This document shows positions 16,079 through 24,088 of a DNA stretch of 38,874 nucleotides, piece by piece; the first letter of the stretch is position 1, and every line of letters starts with the position of its first letter. The notes under the pieces are model-generated. The model was given only the letters and a program-made list of their open reading frames with translations, made no database searches and was not told the DNA's origin. The position numbers were made by a program, and so were the translations under genes. The stretch lies in IMG/VR virus record IMGVR_UViG_3300017963_000147, one strand, 5' to 3'. Source of the stretch: a virus.

Positions 16079-16714
16079 ATGGCATTTATACAGTTGCCTG
16101 ATAGAGAAACGTTTGGTTCTGGATTCGGAAGAGGTCTTTCGACAGGAATAGGAAATCTTATCGATATGAAACTGAAAGACATGGAAAAGCAACAACAGGT
16201 TAAAACAACACAAGAAGGATTGTCTCAATATCTAGGCAAAGAAAAGGCCGAAGCAATTGCTCCTTTAGCGGTTGAAAATCCTCAATTAGCTATGTCTTTA
16301 ATTGATGCAGATATGCGCGGTGTGCAACAAGACACTATTGGAGGAGCATTGAGTCAGTTAGGGTATAATAAAGAAGAATCGGAGGTTTTAGGGGGACTTC
16401 CAAGAAATATATTAAATTCTTTGATTAGAAAAGGTGTTGTTCCTGGAAAAAAGCAGAAAGACCTGTTAGGCCCGCCACCTTTAAAAAGCAGAATGTCACA
16501 CTTAAAAAAAATAAGAAAAGCCCTTTTAAAAAAGAATATTTTAGCAGAAGATGCTATATCTGATCTTAAAAATAAGGGATTTAGCGATTCTGATATAAAA
16601 ATTGCTACAAGTGTAGAAATAACTGATGATATTATTCGGTATTTTTTAGATAAGACAAATAATGATCCTAAGAAAGCCATGAAAATTGCTAAAAGTTTTG
16701 GCTATAAGGTTTAG
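16079..16714 (+). CDS. Putative internal virion protein (211 aa)
   Basis: Position and composition. No motif. Confidence 0.4.
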   Translation: MAFIQLPDRETFGSGFGRGLSTGIGNLIDMKLKDMEKQQQVKTTQEGLSQYLGKEKAEAIAPLAVENPQLAMSLIDADMRGVQQDTIGGALSQLGYNKEESEVLGGLPRNILNSLIRKGVVPGKKQKDLLGPPPLKSRMSHLKKIRKALLKKNILAEDAISDLKNKGFSDSDIKIATSVEITDDIIRYFLDKTNNDPKKAMKIAKSFGYKV

Positions 16715-16716
16715 TT

Positions 16717-19700
16717 ATGGCTAATAGGTTTGAGATATTGGCAGATGAAAAGAGGCCTAATAGGTTTGAAGAACTCGCAAAAGAGCATGAAGTTGTACCT
16801 AAAACAAAAAAAACTATGTTTAAAGACCTTGCAGAAAAAGAGAAGCTGCTAGATCTTTCTAATCCTTGGTCAGAAAATTATGATCCAGTTGCTGCAACAG
16901 ATTTATCAATTAAATTAAAAAAGCCTGCAATAGATGTTACACCTCTTAAAGAAGCGTTCACTAGAGGAGGGAGATCTGGGGTCAGTGGTTTATTGCTTGG
17001 TTATAAGCCAGATGAGGCTCCAAAAGATGAAAATTGGTTAGAGCATATGGCGGCACTTGCAGGAGAATTGATCTCTGACGTTCCTGGTTTTTGGGCAGGT
17101 GGCAAGTTAGGAGCATTGGTTGGTGGAGGAATAGGATCTGTGATACCTGGAGTTGGGACTGCAGGAGGTATTTTAGGAGGGGGCGCAGCTGGTGCTATGG
17201 CCTTCCCGTCACTGATTAAGCATTCATTTCAGGAATATAGAGATTTTGTTGAAAAAGGTAACAACTTATCATTTGGAGAATTTTTAGAGAGAGCTGGTCG
17301 TATATCTAAGGAAACAGGGAAATCTGCTACAGTAGGCCTTGTAACTGCTGGGATGTCTAAATTTTTACCTTTTATGAAAAAAATTCCAAAATTTAATAAG
17401 TTGCTTGATACAAGGCCTGGAAGAGCTGTTGCTGGTACAGCGCTTGAGTATGCTGGACTTACAGGTGGGCAAGCTCTTGTTGAGGGCAAGCTTCCAACAG
17501 CTCAGCAAATGTTTGATAATGCAGCTCAGCTTATGATGCTTAAGTTGACACATGGAGCAAGAGCTAAAACTAGTGAGTTTTTCAAGGAGCTTTCAAAGCC
17601 AACACAGAAATCTAGAACTAAAGCGTTTATGAAGATGCTCCCTAAGAGTGTGCAGGAATCAATAAAACAACGTTTTCCAGATATCGGAAAAGAAACACAG
17701 CAGCAAAAGTTTAAAGAGATATTAAGAGATAATTTAGGAGTAAGAGAGAGAAAAATATATGAAAATCAAATGGAAGTTAAAGAAGCTCTAGAAAGGGCCC
17801 AGGGCAAAAGCAAATTTACATCAAAGCAGTTAGAGGAAATGATTTACTACAAACAAAAAACTGGCAATCCTTTTGTTGAAGGAGATTCATTAGAAAAACT
17901 TGTAAAGAGATTGCCAAAATCAGCGCGTGAGTTTGTTGATAAAGATGTTACTAATCATTTTGCAAAAATGGCAGCAGAATGGAATAAGCATCCGCGCACT
18001 AAAAATATGAATCCTCGTGAAGTGTTGCGTGAAATATATATGCCAGGTCTTTTTGAGTATAATACTAAGCAGTTTAATAAGGCATGGGATCGCGTTACAT
18101 CTAAATTTAAAATAAAAAATCCTTTTTCTAAGCCAAAACAATTCCTTACTTTTTTAGAGGCATTTAGAGAGGCGGGATTAAAACCTAGGTATGATAATAT
18201 TATTGATTTTATAAATAGTTATGACAATAGAATTATAAGAACAATATCTAATATTAATCTTCTTGATGATGTTGCTAAACATCAAAAAAATAATCCTGAG
18301 CCACTCATTGTTAATTCATTTGATGGGGATGCATATAGAGATGCAAAGCTTGCAGGATATGTTCCTATGGATGATGTTTTTTTGAGAACCTATAAATTAG
18401 AGCCTAGTTCTAAAGGGCAGGTTGCGAAAAAGTTATGGAAAACGTCAGATTCTCCAGCGTTGGTACATCCAGCGTTTGCAGAAGCATTCCAGGGTGTCTT
18501 TTCTAAAGAGTCATATAGAGCTCCTACTAAACTTGGTAAAATACTCGAAAAAACTGATCAGCTTAGGGATATTATACGATTTACTCGTGTAGAGTTATCC
18601 CCATTTCATTATTTTTCTCTTTTAGAGTCGCAACTTGGTTCAATGGGGTTTAAAAATCCGCGCTGGTATAGTGAAGGTGGTAGGCTTAAACAGAATAAAG
18701 CAATAATGAAAGATGCTATAGAGCATGGGCTTAAATTAGATTATCGTGCACGTGAATCAGGGCAAAAAGCAACAGGTTTGCTTGCTAAGGGTACAGAGTT
18801 GCTTTCCAAGGGTGTAGAGCAGCTTCCAGAAAATCTAGCTACAAAGGGGGCGAAAAAGAGTCTTCGTGTGATTGAGAAGGGTACAAATCATCTTTTCGAA
18901 GAGTTTCATCCTCGACTAAAGCTTTCAACTTATAATCATTATGTCAATTCAGAAATAATTGAGCGTATTAATAAAGGCGAAAAGTTATCTAATAGAGAAG
19001 TAAAGTTGATCAAGCAAGATATTGCAGATTTATGCAATAATATGTATGGTGGTCAAAATTGGGAATATATGAATTTTTTTAATTCTAAACGAAATTTAAC
19101 AGGTCTTAGAAGGCTAGTTGGATATCCGGATTGGACAATGTCAACTATAAGACAGGCCCTAGATTTTACAGCACCTGGAATAAAGGGAAAGCTTTCTCGT
19201 AATGCTTGGAAGAGATATGGTGTTTTTATGGTAGGCGTTCATGGAGGGTTAAAATTTTTCAATTCAGGATGGAAGCAAACAGATGATAAAGACAAATCTA
19301 TTAAAGGTCTTAAGTTTGATGTTAATAAAGCGCTGCGCGGCTTGATGACAGGTGGTCCAAAATGGGACAACTTTCCGCTTCCTGATATAGATGTAAAAAT
19401 AGCAGGTCAGATATTTAATCCTGGAAGGGATGCAAAAGGCAAAAAGCTTGTTGGTCATTTTGGTAAGCAGGCAAAGGAGATTCTTAGGCACTTTGTGGAT
19501 CCAATAAGCTCATTTTTCAGTAAGACTAATCCATTAATACAGATGGCTACAGATCAAATATTTGGTGGTACTCCTAGAAAAGGAGGGGGGATGTGGCTTG
19601 CTGAACCTGCCTGGAAATATGGAAAATCAGTTCCATGGGAAGGAAAAGAAGGACTAGCACAAATTCCATCTAGGGTTAAGCATCTTCTTAAGGGATTACT

Positions 19701-20091
19701 CCCATATAGTACGTCTACGCTTACAGATAAAGGACTTGCTCCGTATGTAGGATCATTATTTGGAGCCTTTCCAGTTTCTCAGGCAATAACTTCATATTCT
19801 GCTACACCTTATATAGAAGATGCAATTCGTGAACCAAACAATGCTCGAAGTAAGGAGAAGTTAGAGTCAATAAGAAGCTTGATGAAGGATGGTGGGATAC
19901 CACAAGGTGCTATAAATAAACGTATTAATACTGTAAGAAATGCGATAGAAGAAGAAAATGTTATGGATGATATGAAGTCAGCAATACGTTCTAATAATAC
20001 AAAGGAAATTTCTCGCTTGAGAAAACATCTTCTGGACAGAGGGGTTTCTAAGCAAAAGATATCTTGGATAATAAAGAAAGCTAGGCGCTAA
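16717..20091 (+). CDS. Large internal virion or ejection protein (1124 aa)
   Basis: Largest ORF in the genome. It has a Gly-rich hydrophobic segment (GGKLGALVGGGIGSVIPGVGTAGGILGGGAAGAMAF). Its position is analogous to the large ejection or core proteins of podoviruses. No lysozyme or transglycosylase motif recognised. Confidence 0.5.
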   Translation: MANRFEILADEKRPNRFEELAKEHEVVPKTKKTMFKDLAEKEKLLDLSNPWSENYDPVAATDLSIKLKKPAIDVTPLKEAFTRGGRSGVSGLLLGYKPDEAPKDENWLEHMAALAGELISDVPGFWAGGKLGALVGGGIGSVIPGVGTAGGILGGGAAGAMAFPSLIKHSFQEYRDFVEKGNNLSFGEFLERAGRISKETGKSATVGLVTAGMSKFLPFMKKIPKFNKLLDTRPGRAVAGTALEYAGLTGGQALVEGKLPTAQQMFDNAAQLMMLKLTHGARAKTSEFFKELSKPTQKSRTKAFMKMLPKSVQESIKQRFPDIGKETQQQKFKEILRDNLGVRERKIYENQMEVKEALERAQGKSKFTSKQLEEMIYYKQKTGNPFVEGDSLEKLVKRLPKSAREFVDKDVTNHFAKMAAEWNKHPRTKNMNPREVLREIYMPGLFEYNTKQFNKAWDRVTSKFKIKNPFSKPKQFLTFLEAFREAGLKPRYDNIIDFINSYDNRIIRTISNINLLDDVAKHQKNNPEPLIVNSFDGDAYRDAKLAGYVPMDDVFLRTYKLEPSSKGQVAKKLWKTSDSPALVHPAFAEAFQGVFSKESYRAPTKLGKILEKTDQLRDIIRFTRVELSPFHYFSLLESQLGSMGFKNPRWYSEGGRLKQNKAIMKDAIEHGLKLDYRARESGQKATGLLAKGTELLSKGVEQLPENLATKGAKKSLRVIEKGTNHLFEEFHPRLKLSTYNHYVNSEIIERINKGEKLSNREVKLIKQDIADLCNNMYGGQNWEYMNFFNSKRNLTGLRRLVGYPDWTMSTIRQALDFTAPGIKGKLSRNAWKRYGVFMVGVHGGLKFFNSGWKQTDDKDKSIKGLKFDVNKALRGLMTGGPKWDNFPLPDIDVKIAGQIFNPGRDAKGKKLVGHFGKQAKEILRHFVDPISSFFSKTNPLIQMATDQIFGGTPRKGGGMWLAEPAWKYGKSVPWEGKEGLAQIPSRVKHLLKGLLPYSTSTLTDKGLAPYVGSLFGAFPVSQAITSYSATPYIEDAIREPNNARSKEKLESIRSLMKDGGIPQGAINKRINTVRNAIEEENVMDDMKSAIRSNNTKEISRLRKHLLDRGVSKQKISWIIKKARR

Positions 20092-20222
20092 GAGCTTTTA
20101 ATTATTGCTCTTATTACAAGTTTTGTGATTGTTATATTTCGTCCTTTTGCTGCTACTTTTAATTTTTCATGTAGCCATATAGGTATGTCCATAGATAATC
20201 TTTTACGGCCTTTGCGGCTCAT
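20088..20222 (-). CDS. Ribbon-helix-helix (Arc/CopG-like) DNA-binding protein, 44 aa, not in the ORF track
   Basis: Hand translation gives MSRKGRKRLSMDIPIWLHEKLKVAAKGRNITITKLVIRAIIKSS, which has a beta-strand plus two-helix pattern. AAGGAG lies 8 nt upstream of the ATG at 20222. Confidence 0.7.
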   Translation of the reverse strand: MSRKGRKRLSMDIPIWLHEKLKVAAKGRNITITKLVIRAIIKSS

Positions 20223-20253
20223 ATTCTAATCTCCTTGTTAAGAAACATCTACA

Positions 20254-20265
20254 TTGTGTACACAA
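20254..20265. promoter_or_regulatory. 12-bp perfect palindrome TTGTGTACACAA (candidate operator)
   Basis: It lies in the divergent gap between the RHH gene and the first fibre gene. Confidence 0.5.
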
Positions 20266-20349
20266 ATAATCTTAATTGTTTGCATTAGATAATTTCAACA
20301 TATTTCACTTAATATAGTAGATTTTTAATCTTTAATAAGGAGGGCCAGT

Positions 20350-23028
20350 ATGGCTGTTAATCGAATTAGAAAAAATGTGGGTTATGGGCTTGGATCGCCT
20401 TTAATTGATTTAGCTCCAACGCCAATTATAGCTAATAGAGCTCCAACTGCTAATGATATGGCGGAAATAGGTGTCTTATGGGTAGATACTGCAAATGACA
20501 ATGTATACGTATTAGCATCTGTTGCATCCAATGCAGCTTCCTGGCAAATAACCACGGCTGAGGGAACTGGGGGTACGGACGGCCAGTTGCTTATTGGTGA
20601 AACGGGTGCTGACCCATCATGGGCAAATCTCACCTCAAGTGGTGGAACATTAGTTATAACTAATGGCGCAGGTTCCATTAATATGGAAGTATCTGGTGCT
20701 ACAACGAGCTCGTTTCCAACAGATAGTGGCACAGCGAATCCACTTTTAGGGGCTACCAATATAGCTGGTGGTGCCAATATGAACACAACCGGAGTAGGTA
20801 ACACGGTAACGCTTAATCTGGATGCGAACCCGGCTATAACTGGATCTTTGACGGTTGCTGATAGTTTTACCATGTCGGCAGGCACTTGTACCATAACAGC
20901 AGATGATAATACAGCGGATGTAATATATTTACATGCAGATGGCGGTACTACCGAAACTATCAGGCTTCATGCTGACCAGGGAACAGGTGTAGCTTCCGTT
21001 GCGCTTATATCAGATGTCGGAGGAATAACCCTAGATGCAGGAATAGCTAGCGCAGATGCTATTAATATAGATGCGTCAGATGCAGCAGGTGGTATAGACA
21101 TAGATTATGGCACAGGCGGCTGTGCTGTTGATGGTGCAAACGGTGCGTTTACACTTCAAACAGGAACCGGAGCAATTAGCTTGGGGGCTGACGCAGTTGC
21201 TAAAACAATCACTTTAGGCAACGCAACTGGTGCAACGCAGGTGAATGTTGATTGTGGAACTGGTGGAGCATCATTTGGAGCTTCTGCAACTGCGCATACA
21301 ACAACAGTAGGTGGAACAAATACAACTTCGGCGACAGTTATACAGTCTGGTACGGGTGATGTTACAGTTACCTCTACAGATGCTATTCTTTTAGATTCTG
21401 CAGGCGTGCTAGAACTTAACTCTTCTGCAGGTATTATAGGAATTGGTAATGATGCGGTTGCTCAGAATATTAATATTGGTACAGGCGCAGCTGCTCGTGT
21501 GATTGCTATAGGAAATACTACTGGTGCAACAGGCATAGCAATGAGTGCTGGGACAGGCGATATTACAATAGAGGCGCCGGCAAATAGGGTAACAGTAGGA
21601 GATTTAGCTGGTGCAAGTGACACTATTATATATGCTGGTTCAGGCGGAATATTAATACAGTCTCTCGGTGACAATATAATTGATACAACTGGCGATACGT
21701 TCATAAACTGTGCCGGTACAATTAATATTGGCGATGATGCTGATGCGCAACCAATAAACATTGGTACGGGTGCAGCTGCAAGAACAATCACAATAGGAAA
21801 TATTACGGGTGCTACTGCAGTTAATATAAACACTGGTTCAGGTGGTTGCGCGATTACCACAACGGATGCAACGTTAGCGCTAAATTCTGGAACTGGAGCG
21901 GTAAATATTGGAACTGATGCGGCCGCTCATACAGTAACTGTGGGTTCAAACACCGGAGCTGCTGATACTGCGATACAGTCTGGTACTGGCGGTATTGACA
22001 TGAATACTTATACTGGTGACTTTGACCTTAATACTGGTGGTGGAGCTGTTACTATTAATTCTGGTACAGGTGCTATGGATATAGCAGCAGATGCAACAGC
22101 ACATATATTAACACTTGGAAGTACAAACACAACGTCGCAGACAATAGTTCAGTCAGGGACTGGGGATGTTAACATAACATCAACAGATGCGGTTACAGTT
22201 GATGCAGCAGGTGTTCTAGAATTGAACTCAAGTGCAGGTGTAATAGGAATAGGAAATGACGCGGTAGCTCAAAACATTAACATGGGGACTGGGGCAGCCG
22301 CAAGAACTATAACAATCGGTAATATTACTGGTGCGACAGCATTGGCTCTAAACTCAGGAACAGGGCATATAACTCTTACTTCGACAGGTGCTGGTGACAT
22401 TGTCCTTGTTGGAGGCGATGCCATTACATTGGATGCAGTAGGTGTAGTTGAGCTCAACTCCTCTGGTGCAGCAATAGGAATAGGAACTGACGCGGATGCG
22501 TTTGCAATTAACATAGGTACCGGCGCATCAGCTAGAACAATCACTGTAGGAAACGCAACCGGAGCAACTTCTGTTGTGTTAAATGCAGGAACTGGTGCTG
22601 TTAATATTGGTACAAACGCGATTGCTCATACAACAACTGTTGGCACAACAACGGGCGCAGCGGACACAACAATTCAAGCAGGTACAGGTGGGATTACTTT
22701 GTCAGCAGCTGGTATATGCGACGTTGTTCCGGCAACTAATTCGGTAGCAGGTGTAGCGCTTACTATTGATGCAAACGTTGGCGTAGGGACATTTACAGGG
22801 CAAGTAACAGCATCAGGAGCGCAGGTTACGTTTACTATTACTAATAGTGTTGTTACTGTTAATTCTGCCATTTTGTGCACTGTTGCTAATAAGGGTGCAA
22901 ATGACGCAAGGCTTACTATAGAGCGGGTACAACCAGCAGCTGGATCGTTTACAGTTCAGTGTCAGAATAATGGAGCTGCAGCACTTAACGGCGATGTTAT
23001 CATTACATTTTGGGTGCTAGCGGTTTAG
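20350..23028 (+). CDS. Tail fibre or spike, Gly/Thr/Ala-rich beta-helix repeat protein (892 aa)
   Basis: N-terminal anchor motif RAPTANDMAEIGVLWVD. It has at least 8 copies of an IGTGAAARTITIGN.TGAT-type repeat and an internal ~270-aa duplication. GGAGG RBS. Confidence 0.7.
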   Translation: MAVNRIRKNVGYGLGSPLIDLAPTPIIANRAPTANDMAEIGVLWVDTANDNVYVLASVASNAASWQITTAEGTGGTDGQLLIGETGADPSWANLTSSGGTLVITNGAGSINMEVSGATTSSFPTDSGTANPLLGATNIAGGANMNTTGVGNTVTLNLDANPAITGSLTVADSFTMSAGTCTITADDNTADVIYLHADGGTTETIRLHADQGTGVASVALISDVGGITLDAGIASADAINIDASDAAGGIDIDYGTGGCAVDGANGAFTLQTGTGAISLGADAVAKTITLGNATGATQVNVDCGTGGASFGASATAHTTTVGGTNTTSATVIQSGTGDVTVTSTDAILLDSAGVLELNSSAGIIGIGNDAVAQNINIGTGAAARVIAIGNTTGATGIAMSAGTGDITIEAPANRVTVGDLAGASDTIIYAGSGGILIQSLGDNIIDTTGDTFINCAGTINIGDDADAQPINIGTGAAARTITIGNITGATAVNINTGSGGCAITTTDATLALNSGTGAVNIGTDAAAHTVTVGSNTGAADTAIQSGTGGIDMNTYTGDFDLNTGGGAVTINSGTGAMDIAADATAHILTLGSTNTTSQTIVQSGTGDVNITSTDAVTVDAAGVLELNSSAGVIGIGNDAVAQNINMGTGAAARTITIGNITGATALALNSGTGHITLTSTGAGDIVLVGGDAITLDAVGVVELNSSGAAIGIGTDADAFAINIGTGASARTITVGNATGATSVVLNAGTGAVNIGTNAIAHTTTVGTTTGAADTTIQAGTGGITLSAAGICDVVPATNSVAGVALTIDANVGVGTFTGQVTASGAQVTFTITNSVVTVNSAILCTVANKGANDARLTIERVQPAAGSFTVQCQNNGAAALNGDVIITFWVLAV

Positions 23029-23068
23029 GATTGACGCTCCTGGCCGACGATATAAAAAAATCGCTTTT

Positions 23069-23096
23069 CCCCGGCCAATTGGTCGGGGTTTTTTTT
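23069..23096 (+). terminator. Rho-independent terminator
   Basis: CCCCGGCC aatt GGTCGGGG followed by TTTTTTTT. Confidence 0.75.
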
Positions 23097-23163
23097 GCTC
23101 TATATCGTTAAGTAAAGATACGCTTTTACTTGATAACATTATTAACATTTAAAAAGGGTTATT

Positions 23164-23364
23164 ATGACGCAAAAAGCTGTTGTCAAACTTGTAAAAGAAG
23201 TTGACGAAAAAGTATATTCTTTTGAAATGCCTATTGGAGCTCCATTTGGGCAATCTTATGATGTTTTGTTTGAGATGCTGCAAGAGGTGATAGAGATGTC
23301 TAAAACTGCAGCTGAAAAGGCAAAAAGAGAAGAAGCAAAAGGTGATGGAGAAGAGTCTGAGTAG
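23164..23364 (+). CDS. Hypothetical acidic protein (66 aa)
   Basis: ORF with an upstream AAGGG. No motif. Confidence 0.45.
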   Translation: MTQKAVVKLVKEVDEKVYSFEMPIGAPFGQSYDVLFEMLQEVIEMSKTAAEKAKREEAKGDGEESE

Positions 23365-23389
23365 TTGAGCGATACCTTAATAAGGAGGA

Positions 23390-23731
23390 ATGATGTCAAA
23401 AAGTTTTATTTTGCCACTTGAGTTAGACTCAATCGATTCGGCAACATTTACAGGTGCTCTGCAGGCTATTAATCCAGCTGGAAACGCAGAGGCGTGTGTG
23501 ATATTGCGTATTATTAATGATTCTGATGTTGATATTGAAATAAGTTTTGATGGTATTACGGATCATGATTTTCTTGGGGCAGGTGAAACGCTTCAATTGG
23601 ATTTTCAAACAAATTCGTTGCCTAATGGTAATGTTGGAGTGTTAAAAAAGGGTACTGTGGTATGGGTTGCTAGTACAACTGGAGCAGGTACGGGATTGGT
23701 ATATCTTGCAGGATATTATCAACCTGAGTAG
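23390..23731 (+). CDS. Small beta-rich protein, paralog A (113 aa)
   Basis: AAGGAGG RBS. It shares the I.N.SD....SFDG..DH..L....L.LD...N.....GT.V.V......G.VY...Y pattern with the next gene. Confidence 0.55.
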   Translation: MMSKSFILPLELDSIDSATFTGALQAINPAGNAEACVILRIINDSDVDIEISFDGITDHDFLGAGETLQLDFQTNSLPNGNVGVLKKGTVVWVASTTGAGTGLVYLAGYYQPE

Positions 23732-23743
23732 TGAGGGCGTATA

Positions 23744-24088
23744 ATGTATGGAATATTGAGCAGAGCTGCATTTGAACCGGTTAAGTCTTTAGCTTTTGGT
23801 TCTATTGGCGCAGCATATATGGGTGTTGGCACTGCGTTTAGTAAGCCAATACGTATTTTGATTTTACAAAATTTAACAGATGGAATTGTATGGTTCTCAT
23901 TTGATGGTGTTAATGATCATGTGCCACTAGCTAGCATCAGTTATATAATACTTGATCTTACAAGCAATAAAGGTTCTGGTGGTGGATGGTTTATTGATGA
24001 GGGTACTCGAGTATACGTAAAACAGCTTGGTGCAGCGCCTACAAGTGGCTCAGTATATGTTTCAGCATTATATGGTAAGGAGCGCTAA
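23744..24088 (+). CDS. Small beta-rich protein, paralog B (114 aa)
   Basis: Paralog of 23390-23731. Its stop overlaps the start of the next fibre gene. Confidence 0.55.
   Translation: MYGILSRAAFEPVKSLAFGSIGAAYMGVGTAFSKPIRILILQNLTDGIVWFSFDGVNDHVPLASISYIILDLTSNKGSGGGWFIDEGTRVYVKQLGAAPTSGSVYVSALYGKER

Noticed and set aside
20382-22880. Long minus-strand ORFs inside the 892-aa fibre gene (20382-20894, 21462-21860, 22269-22544, 22674-22880)
   Set aside because: They are antisense shadows of a Gly/Thr/Ala repeat gene. The translations are Pro/Ala/Val-rich and low-complexity, no RBS is present, and they are fully nested in a much better plus-strand ORF.
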